Translations under genes and position numbers: made by a program
Shown: piece after piece, positions 48,348 to 59,097 of the stretch
How the letters are laid out: each line of letters opens with the position of its first letter
Numbering within the stretch: position 1 is the first letter of the stretch
Assembly (NCBI GenBank): GCA_902785275.1
Contig: CACZYB010000003.1
Location: 64,001 to 128,000, forward strand
Source: an uncultured Pseudomonadota bacterium
Lineage (GTDB): Bacteria; Pseudomonadota; Alphaproteobacteria; Rs-D84; CACZYB01
Direction: 5' to 3'
DNA: 64,000 nucleotides
Notes under the pieces: generated by a model
The model's database searches: none
What the model saw: only the letters and a program-made list of their open reading frames with translations
Told to the model about the DNA's origin: nothing

Positions 48348-49289
48348 CTATAATGTTTTTAAAAATTCAGCGACAGATTCAACACTTCCAACTGGAGTTG
48401 AAACAGCTTTGTCTGTACATCTTTTTACTAAGCCGGAAAGGACATTACCACTTCCGATTTCGGTGAAGCTTTCAACACCTTTTGATACCATAAAGTCAAC
48501 GGATTCACGGAAACGAACGCCGTTAATCATTTGAAGAGCAAGGTGTTCTTTTATATCCTTTGCTTCACTTTCGATTACAGCAGTTCTGTTTGAAACAAAT
48601 GAAACAACCGGATTTTTGAATGAAATTTCGGAAAGTGCACCTTCAACAATTTCCTTTGCAGGCATCATAAGTGGGCAATGTGCAGGTACGGAAACAGGGA
48701 GAATAAGAGCTCTTTTTGCGCCCATTTCCTTTGCGATACCTTCAGCTTTTTCTATTGCAGATTTGTAACCACTTATTACGATTTGACCTGGGCAATTATC
48801 ATTTGCAACAGAGCATTTTTCTGTGTCGGTTGAAGCTTTTTCACAAACTTCACGAACCTTTTCAATATCAAGTCCGATGATTGCCATCATTGCGCCTGTA
48901 CCAGCGGGAACAGCTTCAGCCATTGCCTTTGCACGAACTTTAAGAAGTCTTGCACCAACGGAAATTGGCATAACTTCAGCTGCACACAATGCAGAGTATT
49001 CACCCAAAGAGTGACCTGCAACCATATCGCAAAGTTCAGTGATTTTTTTACCACTTTGGCTTTCAATAACCTTTAGTGTTGCCATACTTACAGCAAATAA
49101 TGCAGGTTGTGTATTTTCAGTTTTGTTTAATGCTTCGGCATCGTCACCAAAAATAACGCTTGATAAATTTTGGGATAATGCAGAATCGATTTCTTCAAAA
49201 ACTTCTTTTGCTTCTGTATATGTTTGGTATAAATCCAAACCCATTTTTAATTTTTGTGATCCCTGTCCTGGGAATAAAAAAGCACGCAT
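48348..49289 (-). CDS. fabD: Malonyl-CoA:ACP transacylase
   Basis: FPGQGSQ, TQPAL, GHSLGE, NCPGQIV, LPVSVPAH, EIGSG. Confidence 0.97.
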   Translation of the reverse strand: MRAFLFPGQGSQKLKMGLDLYQTYTEAKEVFEEIDSALSQNLSSVIFGDDAEALNKTENTQPALFAVSMATLKVIESQSGKKITELCDMVAGHSLGEYSALCAAEVMPISVGARLLKVRAKAMAEAVPAGTGAMMAIIGLDIEKVREVCEKASTDTEKCSVANDNCPGQIVISGYKSAIEKAEGIAKEMGAKRALILPVSVPAHCPLMMPAKEIVEGALSEISFKNPVVSFVSNRTAVIESEAKDIKEHLALQMINGVRFRESVDFMVSKGVESFTEIGSGNVLSGLVKRCTDKAVSTPVGSVESVAEFLKTL

Positions 49290-49307
49290 TTTATTTTTCC
49301 TTTCCTA

Positions 49308-49670
49308 TTATCTATTACAATTTTGCTTTAATAATTTTTTTAATTCTTTCTTTGTCATTGAAAGTAAATCCTTTGTATCAAGATTTACAACGGAACATGC
49401 ATTATCCTGTTCGTTATATAAGACATAAGCATTTACACCTTCACTAAGATGTTTTTTTGCCCCAGCTTTTAGCACAGGTTGCAATGTTTCCTTATTAACC
49501 CAGATTTTGTTTTCATCGTATCTGTTACCATAGGTTGCGATAACAGGGAAAAGAATTGCTTGTCTTGATACTGGTTTTTCCAAATCAATAACAATTCTGG
49601 AAGCAATATCCCTGTTTGTATTACAACCGAAAAGTAGTACAATCGCAAAAATATAAATTAATTTTTTCAT
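49308..49670 (-). CDS. Hypothetical lipoprotein (120 aa)
   Basis: Likely true start ATG 49670, 1 nt after the serS stop: MKKLIYIFAIVLLFGC (lipobox LFGC). Confidence 0.75.
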   Translation of the reverse strand: MKKLIYIFAIVLLFGCNTNRDIASRIVIDLEKPVSRQAILFPVIATYGNRYDENKIWVNKETLQPVLKAGAKKHLSEGVNAYVLYNEQDNACSVVNLDTKDLLSMTKKELKKLLKQNCNR

Positions 49671-49671
49671 A

Positions 49672-50937
49672 TTACAAATATTCCTTACCACCCATGTATG
49701 GACGAAGTTTTTCTGGAATACGAACCTTACCATCAGCTGTTTGATGATTTTCCAAGAATGGAGCAAGGATACGAGGTGTTGCGATACCTGTGTTATTCAA
49801 AGTATAGCAATATTTAACCTTTCCAGTTGCGTTTTCACGGTAACGAATGTTTGCACGTCTTGCCTGCCAATCAAGGAGGTTTGAGCAAGAATGTGTTTCA
49901 CGATATTTGTTTTGTGATGGTGTCCATGCTTCAAGATCGTACATCTTGTACTTACCAGCACCCATATCACCAGTACAACAAGCAAGTACTTGGTATGGAA
50001 GTTCCAAATCTTTCAAAACTTCTTCGGCTGTTTCAAGAAGTGTGTTATACCATTTTTCACTTTCTGCCAAATCAGCCTTACAAATAACATACTGTTCAAC
50101 TTTCATAAATTGGTGAACACGGATAAGACCACGAACATCTTTACCTGCAGAACCAGCTTCACTTCTGAAACATGGTGAATAACCAGCATAAAGGATAGGA
50201 AGTTGGTTTTCTTCTAAAATTTCATCTCTGTGAAGTGATGTAAGAACGATTTCAGCTGTACCAGAAAGGTATAAATTTTCCTTTGGTAAATAGTAAACAT
50301 CATCACGACCTGTTGGAAAATGACCTGTTCCATATAAAGCTTCTTCCTTTACCATTGATGGAACGGTTATCATTGTGAAACCTTTTGCAGTTAATTTATC
50401 CATCATATACATATGAAGTGCGATTTCCAATCTTGATGCTGCACCTTTAAGTGTATAAGAACGAGAACCACAAACCTTTGCAACACGTTTGAAATCTGCC
50501 CAGCCATTCATTTCCAAAATATCATAGTGATCACGTGGTTCAAAATCAAACTTTCTTGGAGTACCTTCACGACGAAGAACAACATTTTCACTATCATCCT
50601 TTCCAACTGGAACATCAGGCGCAGGAATGTTTGGCACTCTCCACATCATATCATCAAATTCAGGTTGTTTTGTTGCAAGTTCAGTTTCATAAACTTTGAT
50701 TTTATCATTCAAATCTTTTGATGCAGAAATTGCTTCTTTCTTTTCATCATCTTTAAGTGATGGGATTTTTGTTGTGATAGAATTTTTTTCTTCACGTAAA
50801 TCCTGAAGCTTTTGATTTATAGATAAAATTTCTTTATCAAGTTTAAGCATTAAATCGATATCAATATCGACATTTTTTTGTTCACAAGTTTTTTTAACAA
50901 GGTCTGTATTTTCCCTTATAAATTTTATATCCAACAT
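49672..50937 (-). CDS. serS: Serine--tRNA ligase
   Basis: MLDIKFIR start, coiled-coil arm, GTAE, [30 protein letters not shown]. Confidence 0.97.
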   Translation of the reverse strand: [421 protein letters not shown]

Positions 50938-51119
50938 TTCTTTCATCCTTTTTTTTGAAAATATGTGATTAATTATATAAAATAGATTACAAAGAATCAA
51001 GATTGAAATAAAAAATATCTACTTTATATATTATATATATAAAAAAATTTGTCCTTGACTTTCACCTATAAAAAGGGGTTTTATATTAAAATAGGTAAAA
51101 AACTTATAGGTGGCAAAAA

Positions 51120-53663
51120 ATGAAACTTTTAGTAGTAGAGTCTCCTGCAAAATCAAAGACTATTTCAAAATATCTTGGTTCTGACTTTGTTGTTGTTCCA
51201 TCCGTTGGACACGTAAGGGATCTTGATCCACATGATGGTGCTGTTGATGTGGATAACGGTTTCCAAATGAAATGGGCAATAATGAAGGATAAGGAACAGC
51301 GAATCCGTGATATTGAAAAATATATGAAAAAAGCTGATGCAGTTTATCTTGCAACCGACCCTGATAGAGAGGGGGAAGCTATTTCATGGCATATTATTGA
51401 TATTTTGAAATCAAGAAACGAACTTACTAAACCTATTCATCGTGTTGCATTCCACGAAATTACAAAATCTGCGGTAACAAAGGCAATACAAGAGCCACGT
51501 GATATTGATGATAAGTTGGTTAATGCTTATCTTGCAAGACGTGCACTTGACTTTTTGGTTGGATTTAAACTTTCTCCTGTATTATGGAGAAAACTTCCTG
51601 GATGTAAATCCGCGGGACGTGTTCAATCTGTTGCACTTAGACTTGTTTGCGAAAGAGAAAGCGAAATTGAAAACTTTGTAAAACGTGAATATTGGTCAAT
51701 AGATGGAAAATTTGCAACAAATGATGGAAAGGAATTTCCTGCAAAACTATTCTCCTATAACGGAAATAAACTTGATAAATTTGATATTCCAACAAAAGAA
51801 AAGGCAGAGGAAGTTCTTTCATCTCTTGCAAATGAACAGTATCATATTGGAAATATTGAAAGAAAGAAACAAGCAAGAAAACCTGTTGCTCCGTTTACAA
51901 CATCTACTCTTCAACAAGAAGCTTCACGTAAGCTTGGTTTTTCTGCAAAACAGACTATGCAGATTGCACAAAAGCTTTATGAAGGTATTGATTTGGGTGG
52001 AGAGACAGTCGGACTTATTACCTATATGAGAACCGATGCGGTTAACCTTTCGGCAGAGGCTGTTGCAAGCATCAGAGAAATGATTAAATCTGATTTCGGT
52101 GATGAATATTTACCAAAATCTCCGGTTTCTTATGATAACAAAAGTAAGAATGCACAAGAAGCCCATGAAGCAATAAGACCTACTTATGCTACAAAAACTC
52201 CTCAATCAATCAAGGGGTATTTGGATGCAAATCAATTCAAACTTTATGAACTTATTTGGAAAAGAACCGTCGCATGTCAGATGGTACCAGCAGAACTTAA
52301 CTTGGTATCTGCAGACATTGTTACATCTGATAACAAATCTATATTTAGGGCAAATGGTTCTATGATTGCATTTGATGGATTTATGCGTCTTTACAAAGAA
52401 GATATTGATGATGCAAGTTCGGATGATGATGATAACAGAATGCTTCCAACAATGAATGAAGGCGACAATGTTAAATCTGAAGAAATTAAACCTGAACAAC
52501 ATTTCACTCAACCACCTCCTCGTTATTCTGAGGCATCTTTGGTGAAGAAAATGGAAGAGTTGGGAATTGGTCGTCCATCAACTTATGCTTCTATTCTTTC
52601 GGTTATACAGGAACGCCATTATGTTGATTTGGTAAAGAAAAAATTTGTACCACAGGAACGTGGACGAATCGTTTCTGTTTTCCTTGAAAAATATTTTACA
52701 AAGTATGTTGAGTATGATTTTACCGCATACATGGAAGACGAACTTGATGAAATATCAAATGGAAAGAAAAATTACAAGGACGTTTTGGCAGAATTTTGGA
52801 CTGGATTTAAAAATGCCGTTGAGTCATCAAATGGACTTTCTATGAATGAAATCACTGATGCAATTGACAATGAACTTGGTTCACACTTCTTCCCTGCAAC
52901 TACTGATGGAAGTGACCCAAGAAAATGTCCAGATTGCGAAAACGGAAGATTGGGAATAAAACTTGGAAAATTTGGTGGATTTATTGGTTGTTCCAACTAT
53001 CCAACATGTAAGTATACAAAGCCACTTATCCTTAATGATGACGAAGAAGATGGCGCTTCGCCTGCCCCTAAAACACAAGATGGTCAAGTTTTGGGACAGA
53101 ATGAAAATGGCGAAAATATTTACCTTAAAAATGGTCCTTATGGAAATTATTTACAACTTGGGGATGCAGTGAAAGGTGATGTTCGTGGTCCACTTCGTGC
53201 TCCTATTCCAAAAAATATTCAGATAGATGCACTTACTTTGGAAAAGGCAATATTCCTTTTATCACTTCCAAAATCGATTGGTTTTGATGGGGAAGATGAA
53301 GTTTTCGTTGCAATTGGAAAGTTTGGCCCTTATGTTAAAAAAGGCAATGTTTCAAAAAGTATTCCTGCATCGACTTCTATCTTTGATGTGGATATAAAGA
53401 TTGCACACGATTTGCTTTTGGGTGCAGTTGAAAAACCAAAGGGAAAAGAGCTTGGTACACATCCAGATGATGGAAAACCAGTTGTTTATTTCAAAACTGG
53501 AAAATTTGGTCCATATGTACAACACAACCGTGTGTTTGCTTCTATTCCAGCAAGTGTTGCAACAGAAGAAACAATTACTTTGGAATTGGCTATTGAAAAA
53601 TTGGCACCAAAGGAACCTAAAAAGAAACCTGAGGTAAAGGAAAAACCAAAGCCCAAAAAGTAA
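51120..53663 (+). CDS. topA: DNA topoisomerase I
   Basis: VVESPAK, ATDPDREGEAI, SAGRVQS, ITYMRTD, QEAHEAIRPT, GIGRPSTY, zinc ribbon and GKFGPY C-terminal repeats. Confidence 0.98.
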   Translation: MKLLVVESPAKSKTISKYLGSDFVVVPSVGHVRDLDPHDGAVDVDNGFQMKWAIMKDKEQRIRDIEKYMKKADAVYLATDPDREGEAISWHIIDILKSRNELTKPIHRVAFHEITKSAVTKAIQEPRDIDDKLVNAYLARRALDFLVGFKLSPVLWRKLPGCKSAGRVQSVALRLVCERESEIENFVKREYWSIDGKFATNDGKEFPAKLFSYNGNKLDKFDIPTKEKAEEVLSSLANEQYHIGNIERKKQARKPVAPFTTSTLQQEASRKLGFSAKQTMQIAQKLYEGIDLGGETVGLITYMRTDAVNLSAEAVASIREMIKSDFGDEYLPKSPVSYDNKSKNAQEAHEAIRPTYATKTPQSIKGYLDANQFKLYELIWKRTVACQMVPAELNLVSADIVTSDNKSIFRANGSMIAFDGFMRLYKEDIDDASSDDDDNRMLPTMNEGDNVKSEEIKPEQHFTQPPPRYSEASLVKKMEELGIGRPSTYASILSVIQERHYVDLVKKKFVPQERGRIVSVFLEKYFTKYVEYDFTAYMEDELDEISNGKKNYKDVLAEFWTGFKNAVESSNGLSMNEITDAIDNELGSHFFPATTDGSDPRKCPDCENGRLGIKLGKFGGFIGCSNYPTCKYTKPLILNDDEEDGASPAPKTQDGQVLGQNENGENIYLKNGPYGNYLQLGDAVKGDVRGPLRAPIPKNIQIDALTLEKAIFLLSLPKSIGFDGEDEVFVAIGKFGPYVKKGNVSKSIPASTSIFDVDIKIAHDLLLGAVEKPKGKELGTHPDDGKPVVYFKTGKFGPYVQHNRVFASIPASVATEETITLELAIEKLAPKEPKKKPEVKEKPKPKK

Positions 53664-53691
53664 TTTACAATAAAAAAACTTTGTGTATAAT
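53664..53691 (+). promoter_or_regulatory. Sigma70-type promoter for yebC
   Basis: TTTACA-N16-TATAAT with TG upstream of the -10. Confidence 0.55.
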
Positions 53692-53740
53692 AAACGGAAA
53701 ACTTTAACAAAATTTAAAATTAAAAAAAGGAAATTAAAAA

Positions 53741-54463
53741 ATGTCAGGACATTCAAAATGGGCAAACATTCAACACAGAAAAGGGTTGCAAGATAAAAAA
53801 CGTGGAAACTTATTTACTAAACTCGCAAAAGAAATAACTGTTGCGGCAAAGCTTGGTGATCCAAATCCAGATATGAACCCAAGACTTCGTTTGGCAGTTT
53901 TGGCTGCAAGAAAAGAATCTATGCCAAATGATAACATTAAACGTGCAATTGCCAAGGCTCTTCCTGGAAGTGGTGAAGGCGATTACGCAGAAATCAGATA
54001 CGAAGGTTATGCACCAGGCGGAATTTCTGTTATCGTTGAATGCTTAACAGATAACAAAAACAGAACAGCTTCTGATATACGTTCTATTTTCTCTAAAAAT
54101 GGTGGAAACCTTGGTGAAACAGGATCTGTTTCTTTCAATTTCGAACATGTTGGTTTCTTTATGTATAAAAAAGAAGTTGCTGATTTCGACACTGTATTTG
54201 AAACTGCTTTAGAAGGTGGTGCAAGCAATGTTGAAGAAGAAGATGAAAACTATATCATCACTTGTGAAATTCCAGAATTTTCAAACCTTTCAAAAGCATT
54301 GGAAAAATTTGGCGAACCAGAAAAAGCTGAAATTATCTGGCAACCAAAATTAACTGTAAGTGTTAATGGTGAAGGTGCCGAAAAAATCGAAAGATTTACC
54401 GATGCATTGGAAGACAATGATGACGTTCAAAAAGTTTATACTAATGCTGAATTCAATGAATAG
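53741..54463 (+). CDS. yebC: YebC/PmpR (TACO1) family protein
   Basis: MSGHSKWANIQHRKG, NPRLR, YEGYAPGG, TDNKNRT, LEDNDDVQKVYTN. Confidence 0.95.
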   Translation: MSGHSKWANIQHRKGLQDKKRGNLFTKLAKEITVAAKLGDPNPDMNPRLRLAVLAARKESMPNDNIKRAIAKALPGSGEGDYAEIRYEGYAPGGISVIVECLTDNKNRTASDIRSIFSKNGGNLGETGSVSFNFEHVGFFMYKKEVADFDTVFETALEGGASNVEEEDENYIITCEIPEFSNLSKALEKFGEPEKAEIIWQPKLTVSVNGEGAEKIERFTDALEDNDDVQKVYTNAEFNE

Positions 54464-54488
54464 TATCGTATAAATTTTATAAAAATTT

Positions 54489-54515
54489 TCCCCGATTTTA
54501 GTCGGGGATTTTTTT
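54489..54515. terminator. Terminator between convergent yebC and lpxK
   Basis: TCCCCGA-TTTTAG-TCGGGGA followed by a T-run. Confidence 0.75.
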
Positions 54516-55488
54516 ATTTCAGAATAACATCCAATAGTGATTTTTCGTTTTCTATTTTTAAATCTATTTCAACAGGGGTGATTTTTTTTCTATATTTAGC
54601 TGGAATTTTTACATAATCCTTTGATGTTGTAAGAATTGGCATATTTCCAGATGCAGAAAGAATTTTCTCGAAATCGCTGTCACTGTATTCATAATGGTCA
54701 GGAAATTCAAGCGATTGTTTGATTTTTACCCCCTCCCCATTTAATGTATCATAAAATTTTTGAGGATTACCGATGCCGGCAAAGGCAATAACCTCTTTAT
54801 TTTTAAATTTTTTCAAATCCTTTGGTTCAGTAAAAGCTTGGAAAATAGGTACATTATACGATGATAATTTTTTTTCAAACGATTGATTTAATTTTCTCAT
54901 AATAACAACGGCAGATGCCTTTTTCATACCGCTTTTTAAACCTTCACGAAGTGGACCAGCGGGAAAAATAAATCCGTTACTAATTGTGGAAACTCCATCA
55001 AAAACCAAAACTGATTTATCCTTTTTTAAGGTATAGTTTTGAAGACCATCGTCCATAATTATAACATCAACCTTTTTTTCCAAAAGTTTGGCACTTTTTG
55101 CACGATTAGAGCAAATGCAAACAGGAACGTTTCCATTAAATTTTTTGTAAATCATAAAAACTTCGTCCCCGACATCAAGTGCAGTATGTTTTTTTTCATC
55201 GACAAGAACAGGTTTATTTGATGAAAGACGACCACCGTAACCACGGGAAAGAACACCTACTTTGATATGCTTTTTGATTAAAAGCTCAATCATCTTTATA
55301 ACCAAAGGAGTTTTGCCGACACCACCAATTGTGATATTTCCAATACAAATAACCTTTGCCTTTGAATGATATGGCTTTGATTTTATTCTGTTTATAGATG
55401 AAACAAGCCAATAAAGTATTGATAATGGCAAAAAGAAAAGACCAATGCTTAGTTTACTATTGAAATATTTCGGAGTTTGTGCTTTCAT
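54514..55488 (-). CDS. lpxK: Tetraacyldisaccharide 4'-kinase
   Basis: GNITIGGVGKTP, LSRGYGG, VGDE, MDDGLQ, PAGPLRE, FAGIGNP, FPDH. Confidence 0.96.
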   Translation of the reverse strand: MKAQTPKYFNSKLSIGLFFLPLSILYWLVSSINRIKSKPYHSKAKVICIGNITIGGVGKTPLVIKMIELLIKKHIKVGVLSRGYGGRLSSNKPVLVDEKKHTALDVGDEVFMIYKKFNGNVPVCICSNRAKSAKLLEKKVDVIIMDDGLQNYTLKKDKSVLVFDGVSTISNGFIFPAGPLREGLKSGMKKASAVVIMRKLNQSFEKKLSSYNVPIFQAFTEPKDLKKFKNKEVIAFAGIGNPQKFYDTLNGEGVKIKQSLEFPDHYEYSDSDFEKILSASGNMPILTTSKDYVKIPAKYRKKITPVEIDLKIENEKSLLDVILK

Positions 55489-55544
55489 ATCATAGTTCCT
55501 TAATTAAACAGGAATAGTATATAACAAAAAATAGTGCTAGTCAA

Positions 55545-55934
55545 ATGAACATAGAAGAATTAAAACAAACTTTTGATATGCTTGAAGACAGTGACGAGAA
55601 ATATGCCTTTGTCATTGACCTTGGGAAGCAGCTTTTACCATATCCGGAAGATAAGAAGGATGACGAGCATAAAATTTATGGATGCTCCTCTAATGTATGG
55701 TTTAATATAAATGAAGATGGTGGAAAATACTGTTTCGATTTTGAAAGCGATGCATTGATTGTAAAGGGATTACTTTTCATAATAAAGGCTTTGTTCGATG
55801 GTAAAAATGCAGAAGAAATAAAGCAAATTGACGCGATGGCTTTCTTTGATGAAATAGGATTGAAATCCATACTTTCCAATCAAAGACAAGTTGGACTTTC
55901 ATCAATCATAAAAAGGATTGAAAGTATAGAATAG
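55545..55934 (+). CDS. sufE: SufE family Fe-S cluster sulfur acceptor
   Basis: IDLGKQL, IYGCSSNVW, ESDALIVKGL, LSNQR. Confidence 0.92.
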   Translation: MNIEELKQTFDMLEDSDEKYAFVIDLGKQLLPYPEDKKDDEHKIYGCSSNVWFNINEDGGKYCFDFESDALIVKGLLFIIKALFDGKNAEEIKQIDAMAFFDEIGLKSILSNQRQVGLSSIIKRIESIE

Positions 55935-55978
55935 CAAAAAGATTTGATTTTTTTCCAACTATGTTATATAATGAAAGA

Positions 55979-57406
55979 ATGAAAAAGTTTGGGATATCGA
56001 AGCAAAAAATAAAAAATTGTGTTACAAAACCTCATTTCCAGGTTTTTGTAGCAAGTTTTTCTATATGTCTTTTACTTTTCTTTATCGTTTCAAAACAATC
56101 AGGAAGCAATATCCCTCCAAGAATACAGGATGCCTTTGATCCAATTATTTCTACACAAAACCCTGTTAATAAAAATATAAAACCGATATCTTCGGTTAAT
56201 GGTATCTTCAGTAGTATGTTTTCCAATACAAAGGAACATATTTTACCTGTAAAAAATGGGGACAGTATTGCATCAATTCTTTCAAATTTGGGTGTTCCAT
56301 ATAATGAAATTTTGGATGTTAGCAAATCAATTAACCCAATATTCAAACTTTCAGATTTAAGACCTGATAATGATAAAATCGTTGTAAAAGTAAAACCTTT
56401 GGGTGAAGAAAATGGAAAAGCAAAGGTTCAACTTTCATACTTGGAAATTGTAAAAAGCCCAATATACAGAATTATTTCAACAAGAACAGATGATGGATTT
56501 AAAACCGTTGAATCAAAATCAAATATTAATTCCGAACTTGTTCGTGGTGAAGGCGTTATTGAAAAGGGAGCAAGCCTTACACAGATTGCTATTCAAAACG
56601 GTATTCCATACAATGTGATTGATAAGTTTTATGAAATATTTTCGTTCGATGTTGACTTTGAACGTGATATTTATCCTGGTGATAAATTCCAGATTATGTA
56701 TGAACAACTTTATTCTGATAATGGTGATTATTTAGGAAGTGGTAATGTACTTTTTGCTTCACTTTACCTTAACTCTAGAAGAACAGAATTCAGACTTTTT
56801 AGATATGAAAATGATAAAGGTGTTGTTGGATATTATGATGAAGATGGTAAAGGTGCATCAAAAACTTTAAAGAAAACTCCGATAAACGGAGCAAGAATTT
56901 CATCAAAATATGGTAACAGAAAACACCCTATACTTGGATACTCAAAGGCACATAAGGGTGTTGACTTTGCCGCACCTACTGGAACACCTATTCCTGCTGC
57001 TGGAAGTGGTAAAGTTGTTTATCGAGGTTGGATAAATGGCTATGGTAACTATATCAAGGTTCGTCATAACGGTACCTACTCTACTGCCTATGCTCATTTA
57101 AGTAGATTCAAGCCAGAGGTAAAAGTTGGTTCCCAGGTTAAACAAGGTCAAATTATTGGTTATGTTGGTTCAACCGGACTTTCTACTGGACCACATCTTC
57201 ACTATGAAATCATAAAGGATGGAATACAGGTAAATCCTTTGTCTGTAAAACTTCCGTCAATTCAAAACCTATCTGGGGAAGAAGTTAAAAACTTTGCTTC
57301 TGTTAGGGATAAAATTAATATCCAATTTACTGTTTTGGATAAAAATTTCAGTCAATTTGCAAATCTTATCGATATAAAATCTATTGATGCAGATATGTTG
57401 AAATAG
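55979..57406 (+). CDS. M23 family peptidoglycan DD-endopeptidase (MepM-like)
   Basis: N-terminal TM, DVDFERDI, RISSKYGNRKHPILG, HKGVDFAAP, YAHLS, STGPHLHYE. Confidence 0.92.
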   Translation: MKKFGISKQKIKNCVTKPHFQVFVASFSICLLLFFIVSKQSGSNIPPRIQDAFDPIISTQNPVNKNIKPISSVNGIFSSMFSNTKEHILPVKNGDSIASILSNLGVPYNEILDVSKSINPIFKLSDLRPDNDKIVVKVKPLGEENGKAKVQLSYLEIVKSPIYRIISTRTDDGFKTVESKSNINSELVRGEGVIEKGASLTQIAIQNGIPYNVIDKFYEIFSFDVDFERDIYPGDKFQIMYEQLYSDNGDYLGSGNVLFASLYLNSRRTEFRLFRYENDKGVVGYYDEDGKGASKTLKKTPINGARISSKYGNRKHPILGYSKAHKGVDFAAPTGTPIPAAGSGKVVYRGWINGYGNYIKVRHNGTYSTAYAHLSRFKPEVKVGSQVKQGQIIGYVGSTGLSTGPHLHYEIIKDGIQVNPLSVKLPSIQNLSGEEVKNFASVRDKINIQFTVLDKNFSQFANLIDIKSIDADMLK

Positions 57407-57531
57407 TATTGATTTTCCGGCAAAAATAATTAATTAAAATTTATTCAAAATTTCTATCTTTACCCTTGAAAAATATAGAAAGATTTTGTATTCTTTTCTT
57501 ATTGTTTAAAATATAATTAGGAGTATTAATT

Positions 57532-59079
57532 ATGAAAGTATCAAAGTTTAAGTTTTTTTCAATTCTTTCAATTGCTTTGGTTGCGTTGGCGATTGTTCTT
57601 CCGAACTTTATGTCAGATAAGACAAAGGAAAAACTTCCATCTGCTTTACAGGGAAGTCCTATTGCCCTTGGCCTTGATTTAAAAGGTGGCGCATACATAC
57701 TTTTGGAAGCAGATATTAATTCTGTGATAAGAGAAAAAAATACTCAGATAAAAGATGTTGTTAGAAAAGAGCTTCGTGGGGACAGAGAAAAAGGTGAAGC
57801 AATGATACCTTATGCAAACCTTACTGGCACATCAAACTATACAACCGTAATTATTAAAAATCCAGAAGATATAAAAGAAGCAAAACGTCGTATTCAAAAA
57901 GCTACTGTTGATGATGTTGAAATGGAGTTAGAAGATAACAAGATGAAAGTTTTCTACTCTGAAGAAGCTATTAAGAAAATGAAAAATGATATTTTAAACA
58001 GTTCGATAGAAATCGTTCGTAGACGTGTTGACTCTCTTGGTAACAAAGAACCATCAATTCAAAAGCAAGGTGAAAACCGAATTATGGTACAACTTCCTGG
58101 TGCTGAAAATCCTGAACGTATAAAAGAACTTATTGGAAAAACAGCAAAAATGACTTTCCATATGGTTGATGAAGAAGCTATGCAGACAGGTGTTGTCCCA
58201 ATGGATTCAGAAATTGTTGATGGTATAGTTGTAAAGAAAAGAGTTGCAGTTAGTGGTGAAAACTTAACAGACTCTCGTGTTTCATACGATCAAAATGGAA
58301 GACCAGCAGTTACAACAACATTCAATACTATCGGTGCAAAAGCTTTTTCAAAATTAACAAGTGAAAATATTGGTAAAAGATTTGCAATAGTACTTGATGG
58401 AAAGGTTCTTTCTGCACCAACAATTCAAGAAGCAATTACTGGTGGAAATGGTCAAATCACTGGCGGTTTTTCAACTGAACAAGCAAATGATTTATCAACA
58501 ATGCTTCGTTCTGGTGCGCTTCCTTGTGAACTTACTGTTGTAGAAGAAAGAACTGTTGGGGCAGGACTTGGTGCTGACTCTATTGAAAAAGGAAGTATGG
58601 CAAGTATCTTAGGCCTTGCCTTGGTTCTTTTATTTATGATTGCTACATATGGTGTATTGGGTATTTTCTCTGATATAGTTTTGGTATTAAACATACTTTT
58701 GATTTTTGCAGGATTGGCAATCACCGGTGCAACATTAACACTTCCTGGTATTGCAGGTATTGCCCTTAATATTGGTATGGCTGTTGATGCAAACATCCTT
58801 ATATTCGAAGGTATGCGTGAAGGTTCAAAACGTGGTGTAAGTGCAATCAAGTCAATAGAAGATGGTTTCAATGGTGCATTTTCTGCAATTATGGATTCTA
58901 ATTTAACAACTCTTGCATCCGCACTTATCATGTTCCAATTTGGAAGTGGTCCAATTAAGGGATTTGCTGTAACCTTAACAATGGGTATTTTAACATCACT
59001 TTTCACAAACATCACTTGTCTTAAAATGATACTTGAATTATGGGCAAGAACTGGTAAAGCAAAAAAGATTGATTTATAA
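57532..59079 (+). CDS. secD: Protein translocase subunit SecD
   Basis: LGLDLKGG, RRRVDSLG.EP, VQLPG, LRSGALP, TLTLPGIAG, GMAVDAN, DSNLTT, GPIKGFA. Confidence 0.96.
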   Translation: MKVSKFKFFSILSIALVALAIVLPNFMSDKTKEKLPSALQGSPIALGLDLKGGAYILLEADINSVIREKNTQIKDVVRKELRGDREKGEAMIPYANLTGTSNYTTVIIKNPEDIKEAKRRIQKATVDDVEMELEDNKMKVFYSEEAIKKMKNDILNSSIEIVRRRVDSLGNKEPSIQKQGENRIMVQLPGAENPERIKELIGKTAKMTFHMVDEEAMQTGVVPMDSEIVDGIVVKKRVAVSGENLTDSRVSYDQNGRPAVTTTFNTIGAKAFSKLTSENIGKRFAIVLDGKVLSAPTIQEAITGGNGQITGGFSTEQANDLSTMLRSGALPCELTVVEERTVGAGLGADSIEKGSMASILGLALVLLFMIATYGVLGIFSDIVLVLNILLIFAGLAITGATLTLPGIAGIALNIGMAVDANILIFEGMREGSKRGVSAIKSIEDGFNGAFSAIMDSNLTTLASALIMFQFGSGPIKGFAVTLTMGILTSLFTNITCLKMILELWARTGKAKKIDL

Positions 59080-59097
59080 ACATGAGGTAGATTTAAA

